From Octopus vulgaris (Eukaryota), in the NCBI GenBank assembly GCA_951406725.2, contig OX597826.1, forward strand, positions 558,001-622,000: a DNA stretch of 64,000 bases. The letters run 5' to 3'. The translations under genes and the position numbers were made by a program. Below, piece by piece: positions 1-11,913 of the stretch. Numbering within the stretch: the first letter of the stretch is position 1; every line of letters starts with the position of its first letter. The notes under the pieces are model-generated. The model was not told the DNA's origin. It worked only from the letters and a program-made list of their open reading frames with translations, and searched no databases.

Positions 1-240
1 TATGCGGTGGATTTAATGGTATGGTCCAGGCAACAGGGATCAGAAGTTAGAAGCTAATCGATATTTAATAGATATAGTATAAGAAAGGAGTTGGCAGAAA
101 TAACTTAAATTGAACCTGTTAAGGGAAAATTCATACGTAAGTACGGAAATGAAAGAAAAACTGTGTAAAACCTTAATGTATTCATGAATCAATATAGATG
201 AAGCTAAGTCACCAGACAACTGGAGCCACATAGTTACAGC
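1..240 (-). mobile_element. Degenerate Penelope-like RT/thumb fragment
   Basis: Minus-strand translation gives ...CCLDHTIKSTAY, resembling the PLE S.HP.HTK.SIPY motif. Frameshifted, and weakly similar to the 28053-28487 fragment. Confidence 0.4.
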
Positions 241-250
241 TACGGTTCAA

Positions 251-288
<38 letters not shown>

Positions 289-293
289 GTATA

Positions 294-351
<58 letters not shown>

Positions 352-355
<4 letters not shown>

Positions 356-1360
356 ATGAGTAGGTCAATTCGGTAAACAACTGCTATGACCTACTTTGCT
401 GGTTTGTACTCTGAAAGTCTGGGATATAAAGTTATTGTCCTTTGTTCTGCCAGATTCACGAAAGAGTAATGACTTTCGGAGAGACCTCTGCCATTTTTCC
501 GATCAAAGAAGGGTCGAGGAAGCTACCCTTTAAAAGGCAGGGGCTGTGAGTCTGTGGGACAGTCGGCCGGCAGCTCTAGCCAGAGACGGGACTGATACCA
601 GGGCAGTCGGTGGAGGAGGACAGACAGGGAATCTGGGGAGCTGACGAGCGAGAGAATGGCAGCGTAGAGGAAGACAGACAGATAGTATTACGGAGCGAGA
701 GAGAGGGACTACGGTATGAGGGCACTTGGCTATTGTAGTAGCTCGTAACGGTATGCTTATTTATGTTTGATATGTGAAAAGAACTGTTACAGAATTGCGG
801 AAAGCAAAGAAAGAACTGTGTAAAGACATTGTGAATTAAGTAAAAGAGTTGTTGAAAAGAAAGAAAGAAGGAGAAAGACTCTAACGTAGACTTTAAAGAA
901 CTTTGAACTGTATCGTTAATGTGAACGTTATTTGTTTTAATTGATCTCTCTCGCTCCGTAATACTATCTGTCTGTCTTCCTCTACGCTGCCATTCTCTCA
1001 CTCGTCAGCTCCCCAGATCTGAACTGTATATTGTATCTGCATGCTTTAATTTGAATTGTTGTTTTCTTGCACGTATTTTCTTTGATTTATTTGATGTTGT
1101 AATAATTGTATAAACTGTTATTAAATGTAGCCAATTGCCTTCCGCCGTTTCTCTTTGTATCTCTTCCTGTTGTTGTTGTTGTTATCTCCGGTCACCGGTC
1201 CTGCCGGGTTCGCTGCCGCCTTTCCCCCACCGAGTTCACTCTCTCTGAGTTCCGTCGTGAGTTCGCCGATCGATCGGGCCGGTAAATCGTCGTCGCTCGA
1301 CTTGGTAGGGTCCCGGGTTTTCCCGAAGAGTTTGAGCGACGGCAGGTGGATTTCGTAACA
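352..1360. mobile_element. Candidate solo LTR (~1 kb) inserted in a (TA)n tract
   Basis: Starts TGATATG and ends CGTAACA (TG...CA, imperfect terminal inverted repeat). (TA)n on both sides, non-coding, more GC-rich than the flanks. Confidence 0.55.
631..1018. repeat. 74-bp inverted repeat (631-704 / 945-1018)
   Basis: ATCTGGGGAGCTGACGAG...CGGAGCGAGAGAGA matches the reverse complement of 945-1018 with one mismatch. Confidence 0.95.
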
Positions 1361-1429
1361 ATATATATATATATAAGAGAGAGAGAGACTCTCGACATAT
1401 ATATATAGAGAGAGAGAGAGAGAAAGAGC

Positions 1430-1625
1430 TATGATAGATCGCTAGCCACTACACATTCTTTGCTTTCTCTCCTTGTTTCTTTCTGTGTTCCTTTCTGTGG
1501 AAAAGAGTAGGCTCGAAACTTTAAAGACTTTTTCACTTCTTGAGCGTTATACTAATACATCTGTTTGTTGTCTACACCACCGGTCTTTGTCTTTTGTTTT
1601 GGTTTTTTTTTCGTGAATTCTCCCT
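1430..1625 (+). mobile_element. PLE terminal-repeat-like element with degenerate hammerhead (1490-1527)
   Basis: Homologous to 56020-56235 (GTAGGCTCGAAAC..TAAAGACTT, TGAGCG..ATACTAATACA..TGTTTGTT). Confidence 0.65.
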
Positions 1626-1646
1626 ATATATGTATAAATACATACA

Positions 1647-1735
<89 letters not shown>

Positions 1736-1794
1736 ATATATGTATATATATATATATGTATGTATATATATATGTGTGTGTATGTACGTATATA

Positions 1795-1827
<33 letters not shown>

Positions 1828-1849
1828 GTGTGTATGTGTGTGTGTGTGT

Positions 1850-2160
1850 GCAGGTTTGTATGTTTTGCTTTATGTATGTATTCTCATGGTTGTACATCTA
1901 GACAAGCTCATATATACTTAATTGATAAACTTCTGGAAAGTTTTACAGATTTTTACAGTTCCAGTGATGGAACTGTAAGTCTTCCAATTAGCTTTCTCCT
2001 TTCTGGTGTTGAGAAGCTTAATTTCTCAAGTGTGATATTTAGGTAGGGTGTTACATATCCCAGGGTACCGATAATTACATGTATAAACCTGAACTTGTAA
2101 TCTGGTTAGATTAACTGTAGATTTCTCAATATTTCAGAGTAGATGTTCTCTTTTTCACTA
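1850..2160 (-). mobile_element. RLE-type (R4/Dong-like) LINE 3' end
   Basis: Minus translation EKENIYSEILRNLQL..PDYKFRFIHVIIGTLGYV...[15 protein letters not shown], typical of the C-terminal restriction-like endonuclease region. Confidence 0.75.
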
Positions 2161-2192
2161 TGTATGTATGTATGTATGTATGTATGTATACG

Positions 2193-2360
2193 AGCAGGTT
2201 TGCATGTTTTGTTTTATGCATGTTTTCTCATATCTAGTCTTGCTCATATATATTTAAATGCTAAACTTCTGGAGAGTTTTACAGATTTTTACAGTTCTAG
2301 TGATGGATTAGGTCAGTCGTCTTCGAATCAGCTTTCTCCTCTCTGGATTTGAGAAATCTA
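2193..2360 (-). mobile_element. Second, shorter copy of the same LINE 3' end
   Basis: Direct diverged repeat of 1850-2020 (GCAGGTTTG.ATGTTTTG...TTTTACAGATTTTTACAGTTC.AGTGATGGA). Confidence 0.8.
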
Positions 2361-2540
2361 ATGTATGTATGTATGTATGTATGTATGTATGTATGTATGT
2401 ATGTATGTATGTATGTATGTATGGATGGATGGATGGATGGATGGATGGATGGATGGATGGATGTATTAGGGTTCTCAAATGTGTGCATGCATATATGTAT
2501 ATAGTTTTAACATTTACAAATTAGGAATTTGGTTATTATT

Positions 2541-2699
2541 CTTTTCTACTCTAGGCACATGACCAGAAATTTTGGGGCAGAGGCCAGTCGATTAAATTGA
2601 TCCCAGTACACAAATGGTATTTAATTTATCGACCCCTGAAAGGATGAAAGCAAAGTCGACCTCGGCGGAATTTGAGCCCAGATCGTAACGGCAGATGAA
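2541..2699 (-). mobile_element. 5'-truncated SINE (family B) with 16-bp TSD
   Basis: Core TTTATCGACCCC.GAAAGGATGAAAG.CAAAGTCGACCTCGGCGGAATTTGA, flanked by GAATTTGGTTATTATT at 2525-2540 and 2700-2715. Confidence 0.85.
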
Positions 2700-3019
2700 G
2701 AATTTGGTTATTATTGTTGTGGAATACTCACTTTTCCTTTTGGGTGCTGGTTTTGTGTTGCATTTCAGTGACTCCAGTTTTGAACTTGCTTGGTCAATTA
2801 TTTTCACTACACTCTCACCGCAGGCTGTGCTGGCACTTTTTATACAATTCAAATGATCCAGGCTCAGTCTGCAAAACAAACGGGCACATGTACAAAATTA
2901 TACACAAAATATGTTTGTGTGTGTGTGTGTGTATGTATGTGTGTGTATAGAGACAATTATATGTATATGTACGTATATATGTATATATGTGTACGCATGC
3001 ATGCATGTAAACATGTATG

Positions 3020-3073
<54 letters not shown>

Positions 3074-3154
3074 CGTGTATGTATGTCTGTAAAGAGAGGT
3101 CTATTTCCTCGCAGAAAGATAGGGGTTATGGCAAGTAGACGGAAGCCCGTCGAG

Positions 3155-3279
<125 letters not shown>

Positions 3280-3309
3280 AGGGCGCATAAATAATTTTAA
3301 AAATTAGTA

Positions 3310-3525
3310 AAGCATGAAATGACAGAATTGTTAGCACATCAAACAAAAATGCTCAGCGGCTTTTCTATCAACTCCTTAGGTTCTGAATTCAAATTCTTCC
3401 GCGGTTGACTTTGCCTTTGAGCCTTTTGGTGTCGATAAAAGCAAAATAGTGCCAGTTGAGCACTGGATCGATGTAACTGACTAGCTCCTTCCCTCAAATA
3501 TACCGGCCTTGTATCAAAATTTTAT
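3310..3525 (+). mobile_element. SINE family B, diverged
   Basis: CAGAATTGTTAGCAC...TTCTGAATTCAAATTC...GTTGACTTTGCCTTT...GTCGATAAAA. Confidence 0.75.
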
Positions 3526-3529
3526 GATT

Positions 3530-4065
3530 CTACCACACGAAAATGGCAAGAAATTTTAAAGGAAAAGATACGTCGACTACATCGAGACCAGTATTTTTTT
3601 ATTTATGCGCTCTTTTCAAGCCTCGCCAGGCTCATGGGCCCGATTTCCCGGTTTCTGTAGCGTATGTGTTTTCCCCAGCTGGACGGGACGCCAGTCCATC
3701 GCAGCGTTACTCAAGAAACAGGAAGAAAGTGTGAGGGAAATTTGGGGCGAAAGAGTACAACAGGGGTCGCCACCACCCGCTGCCGGAACCTCGTGGAGCT
3801 TTAGGTGTTTTTGCTCAATAAACACACACAACGCTCGGTCTGGGAATCGAAACCGCGATCCTCCGACCGCGAGTCTGCTGCCCTAACCACTGGGCCATTG
3901 CGCCTCCCATCGCGATCAGTGCTCAGCTGGTATTTATTTTATCGACACCGAAAGGATGAAGCACAAAGTCGATCTTGGTGGAATTTGAACTCAGAACGTA
4001 AAGTTAAAAAAAAATCCCGCTCAGTATTTTGTCCGACATGCTAACGATTCGGCCAGGTCACTGCC
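3530..4065 (-). mobile_element. SINE family B split by a nested family C SINE
   Basis: Halves at 3530-3595 and 3908-4065, with CATCG.GA.CAGT duplicated on both sides of the insert. Confidence 0.75.
3597..3907 (-). mobile_element. tRNA-derived SINE family C, near full length
   Basis: Minus head GGAGGCGCAATGGCCCAGTGGTTAGGGCAG (A box) ...GGTTTCGATTCCC (B box). Homologous to 31248-31530. Confidence 0.9.
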
Positions 4066-4243
4066 TTGTGCCAAAAATAAAATGTATTTCAAGAATTGGG
4101 ACTCCATTTATTATTGTGCACAAGCAGCATGGAACTTTAATAAAGTAAAATTATAATTATTATTGACGTCATAAGAATTTGAAAACTTCGAGGGACGTGG
4201 AATAATTCGTTTTTAATAGTGGATAGAAATATAAATAATGACT

Positions 4244-4449
4244 TCAAATTTTGGCACAAGGCCAGCGATTTCGGAGAGGATTGGGTAAGTTGCTTCGCCC
4301 CCAGTGCGCAACTAGTACTTGATTTATCGACCTCGAAATGATGGAAGGAAAAGTCGACCTCGATGGAGTCTGAACTCAGAACCTAAAGCCTGACGAAATG
4401 CCTCTGAGCATTTTGTTCGGATTACTAACGAATCTGTCAGTTGGCCGCC
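4244..4449 (-). mobile_element. SINE family B
   Basis: Family B core and GGCGG...CTGACAGATTCGTTAG head on the minus strand. Confidence 0.8.
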
Positions 4450-4739
4450 TTAGGATAAATAAAAAAAAAAGTGTAAATATTTTAGATAGAAACGTCGAAA
4501 GATGCTCCTGGGTCTCGAACCCTCATATTCTACAAATATGACAGGCTTAATACCATTGGATCAAAGTAATCATTCGAATTTCTCCCTTTTAGGAGTGATG
4601 ACTATGTCGTTGAACTCGTAAGAATTTAAAAACTTCTATAATGTGAAGTTATTCTTTATAGGAACGGCGAATCTCGAAGCAAAGAAAGCTATAAATAGTG
4701 TCTCGTAAAAAGTATAATTATCATACTTATGCAACATTA

Positions 4740-4948
4740 GGCGGTGAGCTGGCAGAATCGTTACCGTGCCAGCCAAAAATACTTAGTGGTATTTCGTCCG
4801 CTTATACGTTTCTAGTTCAAATTTCGCTGAGTTCAACTTTGCTTTCATCCTTTTGAGGTCGATACATTAAGTACCAGTGGGACACTAGGGTCGATGTAAT
4901 CATCTTTCCCACTCCTCGAAACTGCTGGCCTTGTGAAAAAATTTGAAA
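4740..4948 (+). mobile_element. SINE family B
   Basis: GGCGGTGAGCTGGCAGAATCGTTA head, GTTCAAAT B-box-like motif, TTTCATCCTTTTGAGGTCGATA core. Confidence 0.85.
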
Positions 4949-5211
4949 TCGATATTATATCCAAAGTTGTAAACCTCTATTCCTAATATTAGCCACCATG
5001 TGGCGATTGACAATCTGGTGTGCATGCGGTTTGAACTTACTTGCAGAAAGCCTTGTGGTTAGCTTCCATTTCTCTTGATTTCTTCATGTAGTTATCCTGA
5101 CATCTTGATACTTTCGAGATATCACATGCGGCCATTGCATAAGTGACCACTGAAACGAGAAGAAAATTATACATGTGAAAGAAAATATTGTGCAACAAGT
5201 CTGTGAATACA

Positions 5212-5263
<52 letters not shown>

Positions 5264-5309
5264 CATACATACATACATACATACATACATACATACATAC
5301 ATACATACA

Positions 5310-5341
<32 letters not shown>

Positions 5342-5394
5342 CTAAAATACAATAAAATATTATAATAATAAAGGTCAATAAATACTTGCCATTA

Positions 5395-5871
5395 CATTTT
5401 TAATCAACCAAATATGAACCATTTTGTTGCACAATGCGTCTCCATCTTTCCTTTAACTTGAAAATACCCTCTTCTCAGAATTGAGGTGGTTTCATGGCAA
5501 AGAATTCATCAAGGTATCTTTTTACATCATTCAAGGAATTGAAACTTTTACCATTAAGACTATTCTGCAGAGACCTGAATATCTTGTGAATATGGAGGGT
5601 GGGGTAACACATCCCAGCCGAGCTGCAGCAATTTTTGTCTGGTTCCCAAAGCATCGAGTGCCGAAAATGAACTTTCTTATCTTCCATTTTAAAGGGTTTC
5701 AGAATCAACACAGGCAATAGAAACATAAACCTTCTTCCACAAAAAGATAGCTTAAACTGTGCTTTAAATGGAGGCGTAGTCAAATCCTATTTTATGGACT
5801 CAACCATGTTCTAAAATAAGTCGAAAGGTAAGCTGCCATTAATCGGCACGAACTTTCCGGACAACCCAATA
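5395..5871 (-). mobile_element. Internally deleted mariner transposon
   Basis: Minus translation MEDKKVHFRH... joined to LGWDVLPHPPYSQDI / FRSLQNSLNGKSF...EGIFKLKERWRRIVQQNGSY. One TIR, TATTGGGTTGTCCGGAAAGTTCGTGCC, at 5845-5871. Confidence 0.9.
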
Positions 5872-5940
5872 TATTAAAATATATTAAATACATTATGATA
5901 TAGGTAGCCGTAGTAATTAAAACCAAAAAGGTAAAATGTA

Positions 5941-6264
5941 TAAATGAGGTTGCACAATAAGACCAACAATTGCTAAAAACAGGAGTCAGAATTTAACTCG
6001 AACAGCCACACAAAAGTAGTAACTTGATGGGAGGCAGTAACTGTGGAAATCAGTGATGAGAAATAAGATCATGTTGATCAAAGTTCCAAATCACGTGATA
6101 AGATTTTATCAAACAATTTCATCCTGTGAGTTTATCTCGTCAGAGAAAGATGTTGTGGTTTGCTGCTCGCCTTCCCGAATCGGATGAGGTTAGAGCATTT
6201 GTGTGGCTGTTCGAGTTCAATTTTGACTCATTTTTAGTAGCTGCTATTTTGCACCTTCATTTAT
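5941..6264. mobile_element. Fold-back / MITE-like element with long degenerate inverted arms
   Basis: GAGTCAGAATTTAACTCGAACAGCCACACAAA pairs with TTTGTGTGGCTGTTCGAGTTCAATTTTGACTC; TAAATGAGGTTGCACAATA pairs with TATTTTGCACCTTCATTTA. Confidence 0.7.
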
Positions 6265-6431
6265 CTGTGTGCGTGTGTGTATATATACATATGTGTGTGT
6301 GTGTGTGTGTAAACAAAAGGAAGGAAACGATGGAAAGATATGAGTATGTATTTATATGTACACATACACATTTACCTACCTACATACACAGACATACAGT
6401 GACAGACAGAGACACACACATACAAACAAAC

Positions 6432-6650
6432 AAATCCCAAATTTTATTTTGGTTCGCAGGAGCAACTGTTTTGAAGCTTCATACTGCCGTTAATTACTCG
6501 AAATGTGGAGAAGATGAACAGCCGACAACTGATGAAGGGTCGTTCTTTATGTTACTTGTCTTGTTTCATATTTGTTTCTCTCGTTGTTCGCATACCCAAG
6601 TGTGCCTTCGTATTTCATGTTGTTTACGTTTTGTGGCGTCCTGTATCCAT
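6432..6650 (+). mobile_element. Repeat related to the 46.0-46.8 kb inverted element (PLE-terminal-like)
   Basis: Shares CAAATTTTATTT..TTCGCAGGA, TCGAAA, ACTGA.GAAGGG and TGTTA.TTGTC.TGT in the same order and spacing. Confidence 0.55.
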
Positions 6651-6653
6651 ATA

Positions 6654-6700
<47 letters not shown>

Positions 6701-6703
<3 letters not shown>

Positions 6704-6812
6704 GTAACTTAGCAGTTCGGCAAAAGAGACCGATAGAATAAGTACTAGGCTTACAAAGAATAAGTCCTGGAGTCGATTTGCTCGACTAAAGGCGGTGCTC
6801 TATCACGGATGC
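6701..6812 (+). mobile_element. SINE family A, 3' part
   Basis: CCCGTAACTTAGCAGTTCGGCAAAAGAGACCGATAGAATAAGTACTAGGCTTACAAAGAATAAGTCC. Confidence 0.9.
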
Positions 6813-7110
6813 CGTCAATGGCCCAGTGGTTAGGGCAGCGGACTCGCGTTCGTAGGATCGCGGTTTCGATTCCCATACCGGGCGTTGTGAGTGTTTATTG
6901 AGCGAAAACACCTAGGGCTCCACGAGGCTCCGGCAGGGGTGGTGGAGATCCCTGCTGTCCTCTTTCGCCACAAATTTCTCTCACTCTTTCTTCTGTTGAC
7001 CAGCTCACTTAGCCAGCGGTGTGGCGTCATTTGAAGGCTAAACCAATGCGAAAGCGCATTGTGACCAGCGATGTGTAGCAACGTCTGATAGCCTGGTCGG
7101 TCATGGTGAT
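6813..7110 (+). mobile_element. SINE family C head with alternative tail (C2)
   Basis: Same tRNA-like head as 3597-3907, and a tail homologous to 43730-43850. Confidence 0.85.
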
Positions 7111-7268
7111 ATATATATATAGTCACAATGAGGATATTTCAAACTCTTATAGAGATATTTTATCCCAGATAAATCTACTTCCAAGCCTTTGAACATAGAA
7201 CCAACGTTGAACCTTTTATTCGCAATATTACCGAATCTGGAACTTAACTATGGTCTGTCTATAGCACT

Positions 7269-7299
<31 letters not shown>

Positions 7300-7300
<1 letters not shown>

Positions 7301-8218
7301 AACTTAGATAAACTTAGATGTGTTTCGACCAATGATTGGTCCAGGCCATGTCTAACTTAATAGCACCACCTGATAGGATTATTTGAATCCTGTTTAAGTC
7401 AAGTTTTGCTTACGGTCCATTCAAGGAGTGAGTTTTTGTTGGGTGAGTTGTATTCAATTATGGGTGGCTTATCTGGTATTCTTTGAAGGAATCTATCCAG
7501 ACTCCGTTTAAAGTTGATGGGATCCTGTTCCTCTTTGATCTCTTTCGGGACAATGTTAAATAGGGCAGAGCCTGTTGAGGAAAAGAAATTATGTTGTAGT
7601 GTATATGTATGCTGTGATCTTGAATTGGGCAGGGGACGTATGGCCCGTGGTCCCAGTCTTGGATGAACCTTGAAGCTTATGTTCAGGTCGTTTGGGCAAA
7701 GTTGGCGGTATATTCACCACATCGTACAAATGATGTACCGCTCACGGCGACGCTGGAGAGAGTAGAGTTTCAAGGCTTTAAGGCGATCCCAATAATCGAG
7801 AGCAGCCATGCCTTCAATTCGTTTAGTGAGTGCTCTCTGGGGTGATTCAATCCTCGAGATGTTTTGTCTTGTATGGGGAGACCACAGTGGGCAGCAGTAT
7901 TCGAGGTGTGGCCATACAAATGAGGAGAAGAGTGGTATGATGACACCTTGTTCTCTGGACCGGAAAGTTCTTAAGATCCAGGAACTCATCCTACGAGCTA
8001 TATCGACCTTCTTGTTGATGTGTGCACTCCAACTAAGACCGTCATCAACAATTACACCTAGGTCTCTGATGTTGTTAGAGGCTGTGAGCGGTTCCCCTGG
8101 AGGAAGAGAGTATGGCTGTTTTAGTGAGGAATTTCTTCCAAAATGCATCAGCTCAAATTTTCCCTCGTTCAGTTGCATTTTGTTTCTGTCTGCCCATTGA
8201 CTCACAGCATATAGATCA
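7300..8218 (-). mobile_element. 5'-truncated CR1-group LINE (RT C-terminus plus 3' UTR)
   Basis: ORF 7714-8205: QWADRNKMQLNEGKF...RDLGVIVDDGLSWSAHI...PHLEYCCPLWSP...LYSLQRRRER. Short tandem tail (TCTAAGTTTA)2 at 7300-7319. Confidence 0.93.
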
Positions 8219-8234
8219 CAGCATATAGATCACA

Positions 8235-8282
<48 letters not shown>

Positions 8283-8285
<3 letters not shown>

Positions 8286-9440
8286 CTAAGTATATATTTA
8301 TATTTAAGATCTTTAAATTTTAATATTTTATAAGTCTTATGGTGTAATAATATTGTTTTTATGTAAATATCGTTGTTTGTGTAATGATCTAATTATCGTA
8401 ATTTTCTATATAATTATTAGATATTAGCTTTAAGTTTATTCTTAAGAATTTACTTAGCGATAGATATGTTGTTTGATAGCAAGTATACGAGTTATTTAAA
8501 GTTAGGTTTATGTATATACATGTATTAATAGCATTAATTATAGTTTAAAATTTCTTATAATTATTATTTTAACTTATATATTGTCTTTTTAAATTGATAT
8601 TTGCTAGTTTTATTATTCCCATTGATAAATATATTTATAGAATTTATTTGATACTATATAACTACGAATTGATTATTTCTTTAAGTATTTTAAATATAAA
8701 ATTTCTGAAAGTTATTATTTAGCCAACGAGATATAAAGATAGTTAATTTGCTATAGCGTTCGTTTAAGATTGTTTGTTTGTATTTTTGAAATTAGCTATT
8801 TCATCTTTAAATATGAAAAATTAATTTATTAGGTCTTTATTATATGTGCATATATATTTATTTATAGAGATTATTTTAGATCTTAATTATATATTTATAT
8901 ACATTTATATATTTTCATTGATAATTTATATATTATTTAAATTTTATATTTTTTATAATATAATAGTTTTTTTGTAAAATATTTATGTAATTAGATATTG
9001 ACTATTACTGATATTAGATTATTGGTGGGTTTCTTACCTTAAAAATTAATACTTAAAAATTAAAATTAATATTTAACATTATAATCAATGTTTTTATATA
9101 ATCATAATCGTTAAGTTTATAGTTTGATAATAGAGTTTTTTATAAGTAAAATTATTATATTATTTATTTCTTTAAAATATTGTTTAAATATTTCTGATTA
9201 TTTATTAAAATATTACAATTAACCTGAATATTGACTGTAACCATAATTCGAATTATTAATTGAATTTAAATTATTGTTATTCGAATTGGTTATGGGCATG
9301 AAACGATCGTAGTGTTTTTACTTTTTATCTTATATTAAACTTTTAATACTTTTTGATTGTTATATAATTAAAAATAAATAAATAAATAAAAATAAAAAAT
9401 AGATAAATAAAAAAAAATAATTAAAAAATAATAATAATAA
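8283..9440 (+). repeat. Extremely AT-rich, non-microsatellite block ending in a hammerhead-like fold
   Basis: Very few G/C by eye. 9332-9365 and 9730-9790 recur as reverse complements within 54339-54545. Confidence 0.6.
9222..9314 (+). ncRNA. Degenerate minimal type I hammerhead with long stem II
   Basis: CTGAATA (G8 mutated), stem TGACTGTAACCA..AATTCGAAT / ATTCGAATT.TGGTTATGGGCA, GAAA, palindrome ACGATCGT, GTA cleavage triplet. Confidence 0.5.
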
Positions 9441-9538
9441 ATATATATATATGTATATAGATTGACAGTATACAACCATTCTATCGCCCCACAACTGTAC
9501 ATATCTCTATGAGAGATTTAGAAATTTAATATTTCTGA

Positions 9539-9608
<70 letters not shown>

Positions 9609-10317
9609 AAATTTATAAGTTTAAATTATTTAAATAATTTTTTAAATTTTAAGTTTAATTTAAATATTTTAATTTGGAATTTTATATTTTTTATATTTTA
9701 TATTTTATATTTTTTTTAATTAATTTTATTTCTATGTATTGGCTTGATTTTCACTGTTTGATTTGCCTAATAGTGGTTTTATCTCTAATTTAATATAATA
9801 TATATATATATATACATACATATATATATATATATACATATATATATACATATATATATGTGTGTGTGTGTTGTTTGTATGTGGTTTGTGTTTGTATACT
9901 ATGTGTGTGTGTGTGTGTGTTGTTGTGTGTGTGTGTGTTTGTGTGTATATATATGTGTGTGACAAACAGACGCTGTCTGACCAGCAGGCACGGACACATC
10001 TATTCACACCCGCATACTAACCTCCTGATAACCCCAAAATCATTCATGCATAAAGGGGAAGTATACACCACATTGGCTACTTCTGTTCTCTCAGTTCAGC
10101 CTTTCTGCTAATACTGACAGGTCAGTAAAAACATACTTAAAATATTCTGAGATGGACAAAAAATCCATTTTAATTTTTGCTGTCAAAACGCTGTATATAT
10201 ATACCAAAGATTGTATATATATACATGTAATGTGACAATTTGCGACAACCAATAATTAACGCAACCAATTCCCAATAATATATTTGTTTTATCCTTTTCT
10301 GCCAAATTTTCCCAAAT

Positions 10318-10547
10318 AATGTGACAATTATGTATAAAAAAACATTTTTGAATTCATAATATCCAATGTGACAATTATGTAAAAAACTTTTTTGAATGCA
10401 TAATATTCAATGTGACAATTATGTAAAAAACTTTTTTTGAACCCATAATATCCAATGTGACAATTATGTAAAAAACTTTTTTGAATGCATAATATTCAAT
10501 GTGACAATTATGTAAAAAACTTTTTTTGAACCCATATTATTCAATGT
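10318..10547. repeat. Minisatellite, ~44-47 bp unit x5
   Basis: AATGTGACAATTATGTAAAAAACTTTTTTGAA.. starts at 10318, 10365, 10409, 10454 and 10498. Confidence 0.95.
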
Positions 10548-10758
10548 TTCCTTAAATGTAACTTTTGACAATCTTTTACCAAAGAGTGAAACCGGTTAAG
10601 TAAATAAACATCGTTTAAATTGCATTTTCAAACCTTTTTTCTTATATAATCCCACTCGTGCGATACCCCACAACTCAACTTTTTTATATACATATATATA
10701 TATACATACATACATACATGCATACATACATACATACATACATACATACATACATACA

Positions 10759-10789
<31 letters not shown>

Positions 10790-10824
10790 GTATGTATGTA
10801 TGTATGTGTGCATATATGTATATA

Positions 10825-11337
10825 CAGTATCTCACAGAAGATGACGGCTAAGTTGTTATCAGATAAAAAGGTAAGGGTATTGCCTTAGCGTACCAAGTCA
10901 CCTGATTTAAATCCAATAGAACATTTGTGGTGTGTTTTGAACAGGAAGTTTGAGGAGAAAACGACCTCAAATGTAACACAGTTGAAAGACATCATTCATG
11001 ATGAATGGAGGTCGATTTCATTGGATATATGCAGTAATTTAGTTGACTCTATGCCCAAAAGACTTAATGCAGTCATTGACAGCAAGGGTGGTTGCACTAA
11101 ATATTGAACATAGCACATAATCCTTTAGGATGTACATATTTTTGTATCACTTGAATGTTAATATTTCGTTCATATCTTTGAAAATGTTTATTGTTTTGTG
11201 TTCCAAGTTTGTATAATGTTTGCACGTATAATATATTTTATTCAGTATAAATTTCGTTTGATTTCCTTCGATATTATCAGTATAATAGCAATTTTACTGA
11301 AATTTTTTAGAGGTGTACATACTTTTGTGAGCTACTG
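10825..11337 (+). mobile_element. Internally deleted Tc1 transposon
   Basis: TA|CAGTATCTCACA ... TGTGAGCTACTG|TA termini. SPDLNPIEHLW...NLVDSMPKRLNAVIDSKGGCTKY* (ORF 10925-11107). Confidence 0.92.
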
Positions 11338-11913
11338 TAAATGGACATAAATGCATACATACATTCAAGCATTCATACGTATAGTTTTATTTTATTTTGT
11401 TCTTTTAGTGCGCTTAGTTATCGTCCTGCGGTCATGCTGAAGTAACGTGTTCAATGGTTTTAGTCGATTATATCGATCTGAGTATTCATTTCATTCTAGT
11501 ATTTATTTTATTGATCTCCTTTTATCGAATGGCTAATTTAGTAATTTCGTTATAAAGCAACGTAAGAAAATTCTCTGATTTATACCGTAAAAACATAAAC
11601 ACATACCGCCCTTGTCTCTTTCAACAGCGAAAGGACAAAAACAACATAAATGTTACTCGAAAACAACCACCCAACACACATACACACACATACACAGACA
11701 TACACACACACATATACGTACACTTAATCATGAGCGACATTATTCAATGAGAGCCCTCACACTCACTCACTATCAGCAAGGATCTCTTCTGGAGAAAGCT
11801 CATCATTAACGAAGCTGGGACATGTTAAAGATTGGTTCTTCTCTTATGACCAGAAAGTACTTAATGGCCTTGATTTACTGACAAAGCGTAAAAACGGAGA
11901 CATGTTTCTATAT

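Noticed and set aside
10318-10547. CRISPR-like array
   Set aside because: Units are contiguous with no unique spacers, there are no cas genes, and the context is eukaryotic.
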